Below are positions 1 through 9,271 of a DNA stretch of 28,396 bases, in pieces. The position numbers and the translations under genes are program-made. Below the pieces are notes generated by a model. It did no database searches. It saw only the letters and a program-made list of their open reading frames with translations, and was not told the DNA's origin. The first letter of the stretch is position 1. Each line of letters begins with the position of its first letter. The DNA is from Candidatus Thorarchaeota archaeon. Lineage in GTDB: Archaea; Asgardarchaeota; Thorarchaeia; Thorarchaeales; Thorarchaeaceae. The DNA lies in NCBI GenBank assembly GCA_003345555.1, contig PRDJ01000069.1, positions 1 to 28,396 of the forward strand. The letters run 5' to 3'.

Positions 1-2
1 AA

Positions 3-209
3 GCCAGCCGAGTCTGGAAGGATCCGATCGTGACAGAGGTCAAACCATTCGACAAGTTCTACCGGGCAGAGGACTATCACCAGAACTACTACCGCAGGAA
101 CCCGGATCAGGCTTACTGTCGCCTAGTGATTCAGCCCAAGCTCAACAAGTTTCAACACGTATTCAGGTTGAAGCTCTCGGGCGAAGAAGTCGACCGTCTC
201 CGGGGTTGA
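3..209 (+). CDS. msrA: Peptide-methionine (S)-S-oxide reductase MsrA, 3' end (partial, runs in from left edge)
   Basis: Not in ORF track. Frame 3 reads [50 protein letters not shown]...*; IVTE, FYxAExYHQxY and YC are the MsrA C-terminal signatures. Confidence 0.93.
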   Translation, partial: ASRVWKDPIVTEVKPFDKFYRAEDYHQNYYRRNPDQAYCRLVIQPKLNKFQHVFRLKLSGEEVDRLRG

Positions 210-247
210 GGACTTGAATGATGGTCGAATACTCAGAGAAGAGAGTG

Positions 248-919
248 TCAGTTGTCCGTTCGCAGTTCTGAATCATTGCTTGGATTGGCTTCCCTCTTTC
301 TAGAAATTCTTGGAAAGAATCGGCCAGTCTGCTCCATGTACTCTCGATACTTGTCACCGAATGTCTCGAGCAGCATCTGTTCTTCTTTTCTCGCTACGAA
401 TGGAAACGGAATGATGAGGAGTATCGCGAAACAAATCACGAGGGAGTTGGCAGTCACCAAAGCCATCCCCAATGAGAAGCCGGTCAAGACTGTGTACATT
501 GGGTGGCGGACTCTCGCGTATGGCCCAACCATAATCAGAGAGTGGCTCTCCCTTATCTGCAGACATGGTGAGTACTGTCGGCCAAGTGTTCGATGAATCC
601 AAGCCAGCAGAGGTATGTTCGTCAGTGCCACGAAGACACCGAACCATCGTCCGAACTCCGGATAGTCGGGTATCTGTGTCCACGCAAACAATGAGAGATT
701 GAGCATGTACAGGATTATGGAGCCAAAGTATCCGACAATGGCGATGCTGATGACTGCCTCTGCCTTTCCGAAGGGTCTTCGTTCCTTGGCAGCTTTCTCA
801 GGTCCTGTACGTTTCAATTTCACGAACCGATAGTACACTCTCACACTCGCGAATAGCGCATACAGCACAACAAAGAGAATCCTGTAGAATGATTCATCAG
901 CCATTACTCTGACAGTCAC
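248..919 (-). CDS. Isoprenylcysteine carboxyl methyltransferase (ICMT/Ste14) family membrane methyltransferase, copy 1
   Basis: Hydrophobic N-half; GPYARVRHPMY and EEQMLLETFGDKYREYMEQTGRFFP motifs. Start is either GTG 919 (GTGA overlap with the upstream stop) or ATG 904 (MADE, shared with the other copies). Confidence 0.88.
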   Translation of the reverse strand: MTVRVMADESFYRILFVVLYALFASVRVYYRFVKLKRTGPEKAAKERRPFGKAEAVISIAIVGYFGSIILYMLNLSLFAWTQIPDYPEFGRWFGVFVALTNIPLLAWIHRTLGRQYSPCLQIRESHSLIMVGPYARVRHPMYTVLTGFSLGMALVTANSLVICFAILLIIPFPFVARKEEQMLLETFGDKYREYMEQTGRFFPRISRKREANPSNDSELRTDN

Positions 920-2454
920 CTTTGTGCCACTTGATGCCTCTGGGCTTTCCTGACCAGAATCTCGAACCGACCACCAGTTGGTGTGTCCTTGTACTCGAGA
1001 CTGCCCCCATAGGTCTTCAGCAGGAGTTTCGTGGAGTAGATATCAAGACCCATTGTTGTTCTTGATGGATCCAATGTATCGACAAGTGAAGCACGAATGT
1101 CACTTGACAGAGGCCTGCCTTCGAACTCTATGTGGGCCGTTATGAAAGAGCCAGTCTCCGTAAGCCTGACGCTGATTTTGGGTTTCGCGGTCTCTTGGGC
1201 TCGGGCGATATACATAATGATGTTGAAGGGAACGGTGCCCATCAGGTCATCACCCAGCACGGAGTCGTCGCCGTCGAGCTCTGACACTGTTATTTCGGGT
1301 GCTCTTGATCCGAGGCGGCTTCTCACGTCTTGGATGGCAACACTGAATGCTGCGTTGATATCCACAGACACTAGATCCTTTGATTTTCTCTCCTTGATGC
1401 GAGTCAAGACGTGCACTTGCCTGTTGATTGCCTGAACATCATAGACAAGGGCAACGGCCGATTCTCTCAGTCTTGCTATTTCCTCTGGATTGGGCGCAAG
1501 TGTGAGGAGCTCAAGGTACGTAGAGAGCTCTTGAAGCAGGTTGCCGACCTTGTGACTCCATATGCTGAGGTAGTACTCACTCTCTCTTCTTGACTCGTCC
1601 AGCTCACTGGTTCTGTTATCTAGGAGCGTCTTCAGAGCTCTGAATGGGTCAATGACGACATCCATTACGGTTGCCAGACTGATTAATGCGAACCCTGCGA
1701 AATAGGCGAAGTGCCATTCAACCTCGAGTACAGTGGATGGGTTTGTGAGCATTGACGCAAGTAGGCCCGAGGTGATAAAGAGGATCATCATTAGCCCCAG
1801 TGCAAGACAGGAAATCACCCGGTGTGTCTGCCAAACTCTGAAGGACTTCACCATGGATAGAACTAGGACGACAAGAACAGACAAGAAAAGAGCGAGTCCG
1901 TCTGGTGTGAACTCAAAGGGGCCTAGCTCAGACGACGCCACCGTGATGAACTGAACCGGGCTGAAGACTGCAATCGATGCGAGGATGGGACCAACCACTG
2001 CATTCGCAAACAAGACCCGTATTTTCTCGCTTCTCCCTACTGGTGATTCACCGGCCAGTGAACCAAGCAGGGGGGAAATCCCCACGATTAAACCCAGGAA
2101 CAGAAGCATGACCCTATTCCTATTCCGATCAACGAATGGTGACAAACCAGCAAATGCTGGACTTGTAATGAGGTAGAACCCGGCTGCGATGATTGCATCT
2201 ATGGATAACATGACGAACAAGAGGTCTCTGAAGAGGTGCTCCTGCTTGTATCGCTCAAGCGAGTAGATGAATAGGACTCCAGCAGCGACCGAACCTCCCA
2301 ATGTGTCTAAAGTCAGCCAGAAGATAATCTGTCCTTGAGTCAGCTCGACCCATATTAGGCCGGATAGAATGAAAGCGACGTGAATGGCCATGAACAATAG
2401 GAAAAGCATCAGGATTCCGTAGATGATTCGTTGTCGGCTGTTGGATTCTGACAT
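916..2454 (-). CDS. Multi-TM (about 8) sensor with HisKA-like helix and degenerate HATPase_c domain (histidine pseudokinase candidate)
   Basis: About 8 hydrophobic segments, then YLSIWSHKVGNLLQ (H-box-like). The C-terminal GHKL-like fold has altered N, G1 and G2 boxes (NIIMY, FEGRP, GLDI...YGGSL). Confidence 0.72.
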   Translation of the reverse strand: MSESNSRQRIIYGILMLFLLFMAIHVAFILSGLIWVELTQGQIIFWLTLDTLGGSVAAGVLFIYSLERYKQEHLFRDLLFVMLSIDAIIAAGFYLITSPAFAGLSPFVDRNRNRVMLLFLGLIVGISPLLGSLAGESPVGRSEKIRVLFANAVVGPILASIAVFSPVQFITVASSELGPFEFTPDGLALFLSVLVVLVLSMVKSFRVWQTHRVISCLALGLMMILFITSGLLASMLTNPSTVLEVEWHFAYFAGFALISLATVMDVVIDPFRALKTLLDNRTSELDESRRESEYYLSIWSHKVGNLLQELSTYLELLTLAPNPEEIARLRESAVALVYDVQAINRQVHVLTRIKERKSKDLVSVDINAAFSVAIQDVRSRLGSRAPEITVSELDGDDSVLGDDLMGTVPFNIIMYIARAQETAKPKISVRLTETGSFITAHIEFEGRPLSSDIRASLVDTLDPSRTTMGLDIYSTKLLLKTYGGSLEYKDTPTGGRFEILVRKAQRHQVAQR

Positions 2455-2664
2455 CTAATTCGAATGCCAGAGCTTTTTCCGGGCAATAAGGTTACTGTGA
2501 GTGAGCTACGAGCTTGCCCGTGTCATCAGGAAGAAATCTTAGGATTGCCAACTCTTCAGTTGTCTTGGAAATCCATATATCAGCGATAGCAGGACTTCTA
2601 CTCAGATTGCTCGCAGTGACGCTGTCGAGGAGAGTGTGTCAAGCATGATAGTTGAGGTTTGTCC

Positions 2665-3144
2665 ATGACGTATCTCAGAGAGAGGAAGGAAATCCTCGAC
2701 CTAAACTTCTATCTCTGGAGAATAAGGGACGAGCGCAGAGGGGAGTGGAAGAAGGAGGTTCTATTGATTGGTGATGAACATGCCCTCGAAACCATGGTTG
2801 AGAGTTTGCTTGGCCTGCTGGACAGCTATTATAGATACGGGACCGGCACGAGGAGATACAAGTGCAATCAGCCGCGGGATTTCGACCACGTCGCCTATGG
2901 TCGCCAGCACCATGTCAGGATTGAGTGGTTGGAGAGTCTCGTAGTGAAGATCGCTTCAGAGGTTCCCAACGAAGAGATGTACACTCTTGAAGGCAAGAAT
3001 GTGGGGATTCGAGTGAATCCCACGACTCTGAACCAGATAATTGCGGGCGCCCGCGCTCAGTTGGATACAGGCAAGAGGTACGGTCATGGATCGCCTGCTG
3101 CCTGTGGACTGCGGTTCTCACCTGACTGGCTCGGCGTTGAATAG
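2665..3144 (+). CDS. Hypothetical soluble protein (159 aa)
   Basis: Open frame with protein-like composition; GAGGT SD at 2654-2658 favours ATG 2665 over TTG 2659; fills the gap between flanking genes. Confidence 0.65.
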   Translation: MTYLRERKEILDLNFYLWRIRDERRGEWKKEVLLIGDEHALETMVESLLGLLDSYYRYGTGTRRYKCNQPRDFDHVAYGRQHHVRIEWLESLVVKIASEVPNEEMYTLEGKNVGIRVNPTTLNQIIAGARAQLDTGKRYGHGSPAACGLRFSPDWLGVE

Positions 3145-3170
3145 ACACACTGCCATTGTCGGGAAAGGCC

Positions 3171-3893
3171 CTAGAGCTGTAACTCTGTCATCCTGCCCAC
3201 AGCCGGGAGCGCGACGTTGACGGCTCTTATCTGGCCAATCCTAGTGGCGGGTCTGGCAGAAACATGGACATGCCCGTAGACTATCACGTCTGGCTCAGCA
3301 TTCTGCACGGCCTTTGACACCCACCACGAGAACGCGTCAGGATGAGTCCCGTTTTCAGTTTCAAGAAGGGGACAGTAGTGCATCAGCAGAATCGTGTATA
3401 TACAAGTCTTGGCCGCCTCGGTGAGAAGTCTTGACAGATTCTCAATGCGTTTCTCGAAGACCTTACCAATGGCGCGAACGCCTCGGCTTCTTGGTCGTTC
3501 GTCACTACCGATTAGAGTTGGTGCTCCTACAATCCCTACCGTTGCCACCTTCAAATCGACTCTGAAAGCCTGCTCATCGAGAAATGTCACTCTGTCCCCA
3601 AGAAAGCGAAGGATGTCCGGCCTGACTTCTTCGTTCTCATCATTCCCAAAGCATGCGACAATCGGAATCCGACTGCCAAAGTGCGAGTCGATGGCATCTA
3701 TGATGTTCCCGTATTCGGAAACCTTTCCTGAGTCTATCATATCTCCTGCAAGTAGCAGGAGGTCTGGTGCATCACACTTCGACAAGGATTCTCGGAACTC
3801 TGCCAAGTACCTCGGGCTGTGGACGTCTGCAACGGCTGCGACCCGCAATCTTGACTTAGCGGATCTTTGTGGCGAATCTGGCACATATCTCAA
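3171..3893 (-). CDS. Calcineurin-like metallophosphoesterase
   Basis: Motifs DVH, LAGD, FGNDE (GNH-position variant), MHY, GHVH in canonical order. Confidence 0.88.
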   Translation of the reverse strand: MRYVPDSPQRSAKSRLRVAAVADVHSPRYLAEFRESLSKCDAPDLLLLAGDMIDSGKVSEYGNIIDAIDSHFGSRIPIVACFGNDENEEVRPDILRFLGDRVTFLDEQAFRVDLKVATVGIVGAPTLIGSDERPRSRGVRAIGKVFEKRIENLSRLLTEAAKTCIYTILLMHYCPLLETENGTHPDAFSWWVSKAVQNAEPDVIVYGHVHVSARPATRIGQIRAVNVALPAVGRMTELQL

Positions 3894-3971
3894 CCTGTAT
3901 GCTGCGCATGTATATCTATCCCGGATTCCTGCAGTGGCTGGTCAAACCCCTGAACCAGACGTTCACAGCGG

Positions 3972-5033
3972 TCATGTCCAGAAAACCGTCTCCTCATCGA
4001 CTTTCTTGCTGAGAAGTTTGCCTTTCTCCACTCTACGTTTTACATTGGCATAAATCATCTTCTCTCGGCCGCGCGTTCTGGCGTCTTTCTTCACAAGCGC
4101 AGTGACAATCTCATCGATGGTCCTCTTCTTTGACGATTTGAAGAAGCCGCTGACAATTAGGTCGTCGATGGCTTTTGAGGGTGACCATGCATCTGGGATC
4201 TTGCTCATACACTCCTTTCGAGCCTCTGTGAATCCAGCTTCGAGATCCTCTATCGACATACCAACGGCATCAATGCTGTGCAAGTCCCCGACTCCCAGAC
4301 CCTTCCCAACGAAAGACCTAATCAGGTCATTCTTCCTGACATCTATGCCAGCCAGATGAAGTCCCAATGTCTCCACAGCCACTGCGTCCCTGCCCACCAG
4401 CAGTACGTCTGTCTGAACGGTGACGCTCTTTTCTTTGAGAGAGTGTGTGAAGTAGGTTGCATCGAGGACAGCAAGGTCTATGCCACCGATTGCTTCGTAG
4501 AGCGTGGTTAGAAGAGAGTAGAAAATCTCGCTCTTGTGGTACTGAACCTTCTTGTTCGTCGGTGTGAGACCGAATAGGTTCTTCAGAATGTTGCCCCTCT
4601 CATACGTTCTCATCACATGGGTATCCACAAAGACCTTCGGTTTCAAGATGAGTCTAGATACATTAACAGTGACTTCTCTGATGGGATTCGGTATGCGGAT
4701 TGTTGCGGTATCAGTGTCTTGTGATAGATTGACCGGAACGACGCTGTCCAAGAACAACTGCCTCCATATCTGAAGTCTCTCCATTCCACCGCCTTGGTAG
4801 TTGTCGCTCTCAACAATGTACCTCTTGGGTGAACGTCGGAAGCTGTGGAGGATTCCAGAAACAGTATCAACGGTGGAGTACCCGTCTTTCGCAGGGGTAT
4901 AGACTCCAACCTTGACGACAAGTTCTCTGTCAGGAACATCGATGTCATCGATGCCGCCTATGAGTTTACAGGCCTTCTGAACTGCCTCAGTCCGCTCGAC
5001 CCGGAGATCTACCGCTGCCACGACAGGGTTCAT
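3972..5033 (-). CDS. DUF362-family protein with C-terminal winged-helix-like extension
   Basis: LVVKVG...TVDTV...IVESD, LKNLFG, GGIDLAVLD and DAVAVE pattern typical of DUF362; basic 65-aa tail (LIVSGFF...RTIDEIV...RRVEKGKL). Confidence 0.7.
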   Translation of the reverse strand: MNPVVAAVDLRVERTEAVQKACKLIGGIDDIDVPDRELVVKVGVYTPAKDGYSTVDTVSGILHSFRRSPKRYIVESDNYQGGGMERLQIWRQLFLDSVVPVNLSQDTDTATIRIPNPIREVTVNVSRLILKPKVFVDTHVMRTYERGNILKNLFGLTPTNKKVQYHKSEIFYSLLTTLYEAIGGIDLAVLDATYFTHSLKEKSVTVQTDVLLVGRDAVAVETLGLHLAGIDVRKNDLIRSFVGKGLGVGDLHSIDAVGMSIEDLEAGFTEARKECMSKIPDAWSPSKAIDDLIVSGFFKSSKKRTIDEIVTALVKKDARTRGREKMIYANVKRRVEKGKLLSKKVDEETVFWT

Positions 5034-5253
5034 TCATCTCACCATCCGCCAGGGGCGTCGGAGAGTTCCGTGTATTATCCATTCCACTGAATAGCTCTAC
5101 GCTACGAGTTTCGCCCCTTACGCACTAGTCTGATGCCAAATGGAACTTGAATCGACTGTCTCTCCCGTACACGCTGATTGATTTCATGCCTCAAGCTAAG
5201 TGATTCTGCAAAACCCTTTATCCTTTCCAGACTAGTATTCACTGGGGGAGAAT

Positions 5254-5787
5254 ATGGACAGAAAGCGGGGCTCGGAACGAGTCTACGTAGCTGTTGATTC
5301 CTCAAAGGTCGTGCGATGCGGGTGGTGTGGGGCCGCACAGAGCAGTCACTGGGTTTCAGCCAAATCTGGACAGTATTGTTCACCTGAGTGTCAGAGTGCA
5401 GACACCGCGCTTAGTTATCTCTGTGGTTTCATCGTTATGCAATGCATGGTGATTCGAGCAGCTTTGCCTCTTCTTGTGCCGTCGTATTCGGGACTAGCCA
5501 CGTCATTCCTGCTATTGGCGTTGATACCGGTATCGTTTTTCCAGATATTCTCGATACACATGCTTCGCTTGTTCTGGAAGGGATTGCGGTGGCGAAGAGC
5601 AATCCCCAAACAATCGAGGAGCGAAGATGTGCCTCTCGCGTCAGCTGTTTTGGCCGCTCGTTACATCGTCGCCCCGCTTTCCCATCCGCTCAATCAGTGT
5701 ACTTTCGCATTCTCGAACTCCCAAAAGACTAAGCTCATGCGGACTGAACGACAGTCAATATGCTTGGCTACGTCTATCGACGCCTAG
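5254..5787 (+). CDS. Zinc-finger (CxxC...CxxxC, TRASH/MYM-like) membrane protein
   Basis: CGWCG...YCSPEC followed by two hydrophobic segments; GGGAG SD before the ATG; its stop overlaps the convergent kinase stop (CTAG 5784-5787). Confidence 0.6.
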   Translation: MDRKRGSERVYVAVDSSKVVRCGWCGAAQSSHWVSAKSGQYCSPECQSADTALSYLCGFIVMQCMVIRAALPLLVPSYSGLATSFLLLALIPVSFFQIFSIHMLRLFWKGLRWRRAIPKQSRSEDVPLASAVLAARYIVAPLSHPLNQCTFAFSNSQKTKLMRTERQSICLATSIDA

Positions 5788-8069
5788 GACTTTGGCTCCC
5801 CTAGGGCCGGCTCCCGGATGTCCTTCGGCGGCTGAATGAGTGCAGGAAACACTAGGACAAAAGCTGTGCCCTTGGAGAAATCGCCTTCAACTCTGTCCTC
5901 GATGCCTACGCTACCACCAAAGAACTCAGTGAGGGCTTTGACAACCGAGAGTCCAAGACCTGATCCTTTAGCCCCCCTCATGTAACGGTCAAACAGCGAC
6001 TCTCGACGGTCGTAGGGAATACCTGGCCCGTAGTCGACGACACGCACTTCCCAGTAACTCTTCTTGTTCCTTTCAATGGGTGATACCAAGACATCAATCC
6101 TTGGCCCGACAGAGTGTTCAACAACATTCCTGAAGAGGTTCATGAATACGTCGTGAAGCAGGTCGTTTGCAAGGATGAAGCACTCGCCCTCGGCCTTGTT
6201 CAGATTAAGTGTCATATCTTGAGAACGAATCGCTTTCGTCAGGCGGTCGAATGATTCCGTAATACATTCGACGATGTCCGTTGGTTGGAGATCTCCTGCC
6301 TCCTGAGATTCCACTTGGGATAGCCTTCGGACATTCTTGGCAAGATGATCCGCGTCTGCGAGGACTTTGTAAGCTTCATCTAGTGCCCTCATGCGCATCT
6401 CTTCTGGTGCAATCTGGAGGCGTGCAATCTCAACGGCTGAAAGAATGGCCTGGTGGTAATTCGACATGTCATGTGCAAGGACATCCCCGTAGACACGGGC
6501 ACGTCTACCCGATTCCTCGGCACGAACGAATGCCCCCATGTAGAGATAACCCATAATGGCGGGTCCCGCCAGAAGACCGAGCAGTAGCAGAATCTCTCCG
6601 GCCCACCATCCGACTGTCCACTGGAGGAATATCGATCTCAACACATTCTGGATAATCCAAAGGCTCAGGAATCCGACCGAAAGCGATTCAACCGTCATCT
6701 GTCCATGGTTCGCTGCAGCCAAGAGAAATGCAAGATAGAGAAACTCCCCGAAGGTGATGGCGTTCAAGGCGAGCTCAATACCACCACCTATGGGAAGATC
6801 TTGGAGGGAGGGATTGGAGCCTACTGCGACAGCTCGAATGATTTCCCCCGTCGCCAAGAGACAGATTCCTCCACCAAAAATCAGCCAAATCCTTCTTTTC
6901 TGTGACTGCGCGTTGTCTCTTGACGGGCGGTCATCGAACCATCTTATGGATTGAACAAGAGCAAGTATCGACAACGAGGTGACCAACATCGCAGGGAAGC
7001 CTCGGGAATAGGGAATGAGCTGGCTCAACGCCGCGTCGCGTAGACCCGTCATTGTCAGGAATAGGAAGATGAGCGCTATGGGAAACTGATACCTCCTGTC
7101 AGTCCTCCTTGCGGAAGTGAAAATCATTATTGCAAATGCACCCGACACGCACATGGAACCTATTCTCGAAAGGGTATAGGCTCCCTCGTTAATGTAAACA
7201 ACCCCGGGCGCGATTGATTCTGCTAGGAGAGCAACAAGGAAGGGAATAGGCATCAGCAGTATGATGTACAAGTCAAAGATGAAGGCCGGCTGTCTACGAG
7301 TGCCGAACTTGGCTAGGAACGTTGGCGCTAGAGACAGATAGATCTGAACAAACGCAACCAACTGCAATATCATGGTCAGAGCCCAAATCGGACCCGGATA
7401 GAACAGTCCAATCATGGAGGGCACGGGCGACAGCGCCAAAACGATGCACGCCAGAGGCATTCTTACCCGACCAGAAAACGGGAAGAGCGGTCCGACTTGA
7501 ACGATGGTCCAGTACACTCCAAGCAGAAGAACGATTGATGCGGCGCCAAGCCAGAATCCAATCGTGACAATGGCTTCTGTAGAGAGGCTTGGGAATATCA
7601 AGAGCCGCAGTGTAGCAGTCAGTAGTAACGGCACTACCAAGAGAAGCGAGAGCAACTCGATTCCTCTCCTGCCAGTTGGGACCTGTCCTCTTTCGTGCAA
7701 GATTAGGGCAAGAAAGAACACTGCTCCGAAACAAGACGTCTTCAGAAGCTCTGAAGTGATTGCGGACGATGTCACTTGAATAAAAGGCAATGATTGAAGC
7801 AGAAGATGCTCGATGGCAGCCTCGAGCTCGATAATCGCGTAGTAAAAGAATCCTACCACAACAAGAACTGGTGCAGAAGGTCTATCACCTCGCTGGTGCA
7901 ACAGGACCAGCGCGCCGCAGATTATCGCGGAAGAGACGGCCAGAATTTCATACCCTACCGTTACGAGGTAGCTTTCCCAAGCGAGGAGGCCGATTAGGAA
8001 CAATAACGCAGCAACGGAAACGGTCACCAAACCTACAACGAGTGACTGCTTCCATATCTGCCCCTGCAT
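5784..8069 (-). CDS. Multi-TM sensor histidine kinase (intact HisKA + HATPase_c)
   Basis: About 14 hydrophobic segments; H-box DVLAHDMSN, N-box NLFRNVVEH, G1 VVDYGPGIP, F-box LFDRY, G2 GSGLGL. Confidence 0.92.
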   Translation of the reverse strand: MQGQIWKQSLVVGLVTVSVAALLFLIGLLAWESYLVTVGYEILAVSSAIICGALVLLHQRGDRPSAPVLVVVGFFYYAIIELEAAIEHLLLQSLPFIQVTSSAITSELLKTSCFGAVFFLALILHERGQVPTGRRGIELLSLLLVVPLLLTATLRLLIFPSLSTEAIVTIGFWLGAASIVLLLGVYWTIVQVGPLFPFSGRVRMPLACIVLALSPVPSMIGLFYPGPIWALTMILQLVAFVQIYLSLAPTFLAKFGTRRQPAFIFDLYIILLMPIPFLVALLAESIAPGVVYINEGAYTLSRIGSMCVSGAFAIMIFTSARRTDRRYQFPIALIFLFLTMTGLRDAALSQLIPYSRGFPAMLVTSLSILALVQSIRWFDDRPSRDNAQSQKRRIWLIFGGGICLLATGEIIRAVAVGSNPSLQDLPIGGGIELALNAITFGEFLYLAFLLAAANHGQMTVESLSVGFLSLWIIQNVLRSIFLQWTVGWWAGEILLLLGLLAGPAIMGYLYMGAFVRAEESGRRARVYGDVLAHDMSNYHQAILSAVEIARLQIAPEEMRMRALDEAYKVLADADHLAKNVRRLSQVESQEAGDLQPTDIVECITESFDRLTKAIRSQDMTLNLNKAEGECFILANDLLHDVFMNLFRNVVEHSVGPRIDVLVSPIERNKKSYWEVRVVDYGPGIPYDRRESLFDRYMRGAKGSGLGLSVVKALTEFFGGSVGIEDRVEGDFSKGTAFVLVFPALIQPPKDIREPALGEPKS

Positions 8070-8266
8070 AGTCTTCTTTCATAGAGAAGCTAGTAAAGTT
8101 ATAATGCTTCTTCGACCAAACCGACCGATTATCACGGCCCATAGCGAACGATTTTCTGCTTCGGGACCTATCACTATCGAGCTGCACTGCGTTCTATAAT
8201 AGGCTAATATCGCGCAGAAGCGGAATAGGCACAGACATAAGAACCAGTATGAGTGGCGTGCATTAG

Positions 8267-8959
8267 GTGACTTCGTTGAGTATCTCGATACGGCACCTGG
8301 GACATGCAAGCGTTCTAATCAAGATAGGCGCACAGAACATCTACATCGACCCGTCCACCAAAGAAACCGGTCTACGCAAAGAAGACTTCGGGCCTTCTGA
8401 CCTGACACTGGTGACACACAGCCACCTGGACCATTGCGACCCCGACCTGTTGAAGAAGATTCGGAAAGGCGGGACACCAATCATTGCTCCTGAAGCTTGC
8501 CGTAAGGAGCTGAGCAAGCTCGGCGCTGTATGGCCTCTACAACCGGGAGAAATCATGAAGATGGGGAATGGAATCCTGATCAGGGCTGTTCCGGCGTACA
8601 ACATAACGAGAAAGAAGCCCTCAGGAGAACTGTTTCATCCCAAGGACTTCGGGGCTGGCTTTGTGCTTACTATTAATGAGAAAAGAATCTACCATGCTGG
8701 AGACACCGACCTGATTCCGGAGATGAAGCAATTGGAGAAGCTGGCTGGCAAGATAGATGTGGCTTTGATTCCATGTGATGGTTTCTATACGATGGACGTC
8801 GAGGAGGCATCTGAGGCGGCCATTGCAGTCAACCCGAAAGTGGTCATTCCTATTCACTTCAGGTCTGCAGATCCTAAAGCGTTCAAACAGAAAGTTGAGA
8901 GCAAGTCATCCATCAAAGTCGTCATTCTTCAGAAGGGTGAAGAGTACTCACTGGAGTAA
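8267..8959 (+). CDS. Metallo-beta-lactamase fold hydrolase (UPF0173/Lactamase_B_3-like)
   Basis: HLGHAS, YIDP, THSHLDH, YHAGDT, DVALIP, IPIH motifs. Confidence 0.92.
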   Translation: MTSLSISIRHLGHASVLIKIGAQNIYIDPSTKETGLRKEDFGPSDLTLVTHSHLDHCDPDLLKKIRKGGTPIIAPEACRKELSKLGAVWPLQPGEIMKMGNGILIRAVPAYNITRKKPSGELFHPKDFGAGFVLTINEKRIYHAGDTDLIPEMKQLEKLAGKIDVALIPCDGFYTMDVEEASEAAIAVNPKVVIPIHFRSADPKAFKQKVESKSSIKVVILQKGEEYSLE

Positions 8960-9271
8960 ACACTCTGCCTTCAGAGCCTTCAGCAAAATTCGCCATAGCG
9001 GCTTCCTTAGTTCTTTCTATAGAGGGCTGGACGGACATCTTACCCTGCACACGTGAGTATGAAACAGATTGCCGTGTCGAAACTGAAGGGTGGCTTATGG
9101 AGGTCGCATCGACAACATGAGCAGAAAAGGAATAGTAGGCAATGTCTGCTTCTTTGTCTGCGCGGCAAGTGGTCATGTCGAAGAGTCTACCGCCAATCCT
9201 TATATTAAATCAAAGCAGATAGTACCCTGCCATCCAACGGGGCATCGTTGTCGATGGAGGGAAGCCCGGCG

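Noticed and set aside
8960-9271. Short ORFs on both strands between the MBL and surface protein genes
   Set aside because: No motifs or convincing start signals; treated as intergenic.
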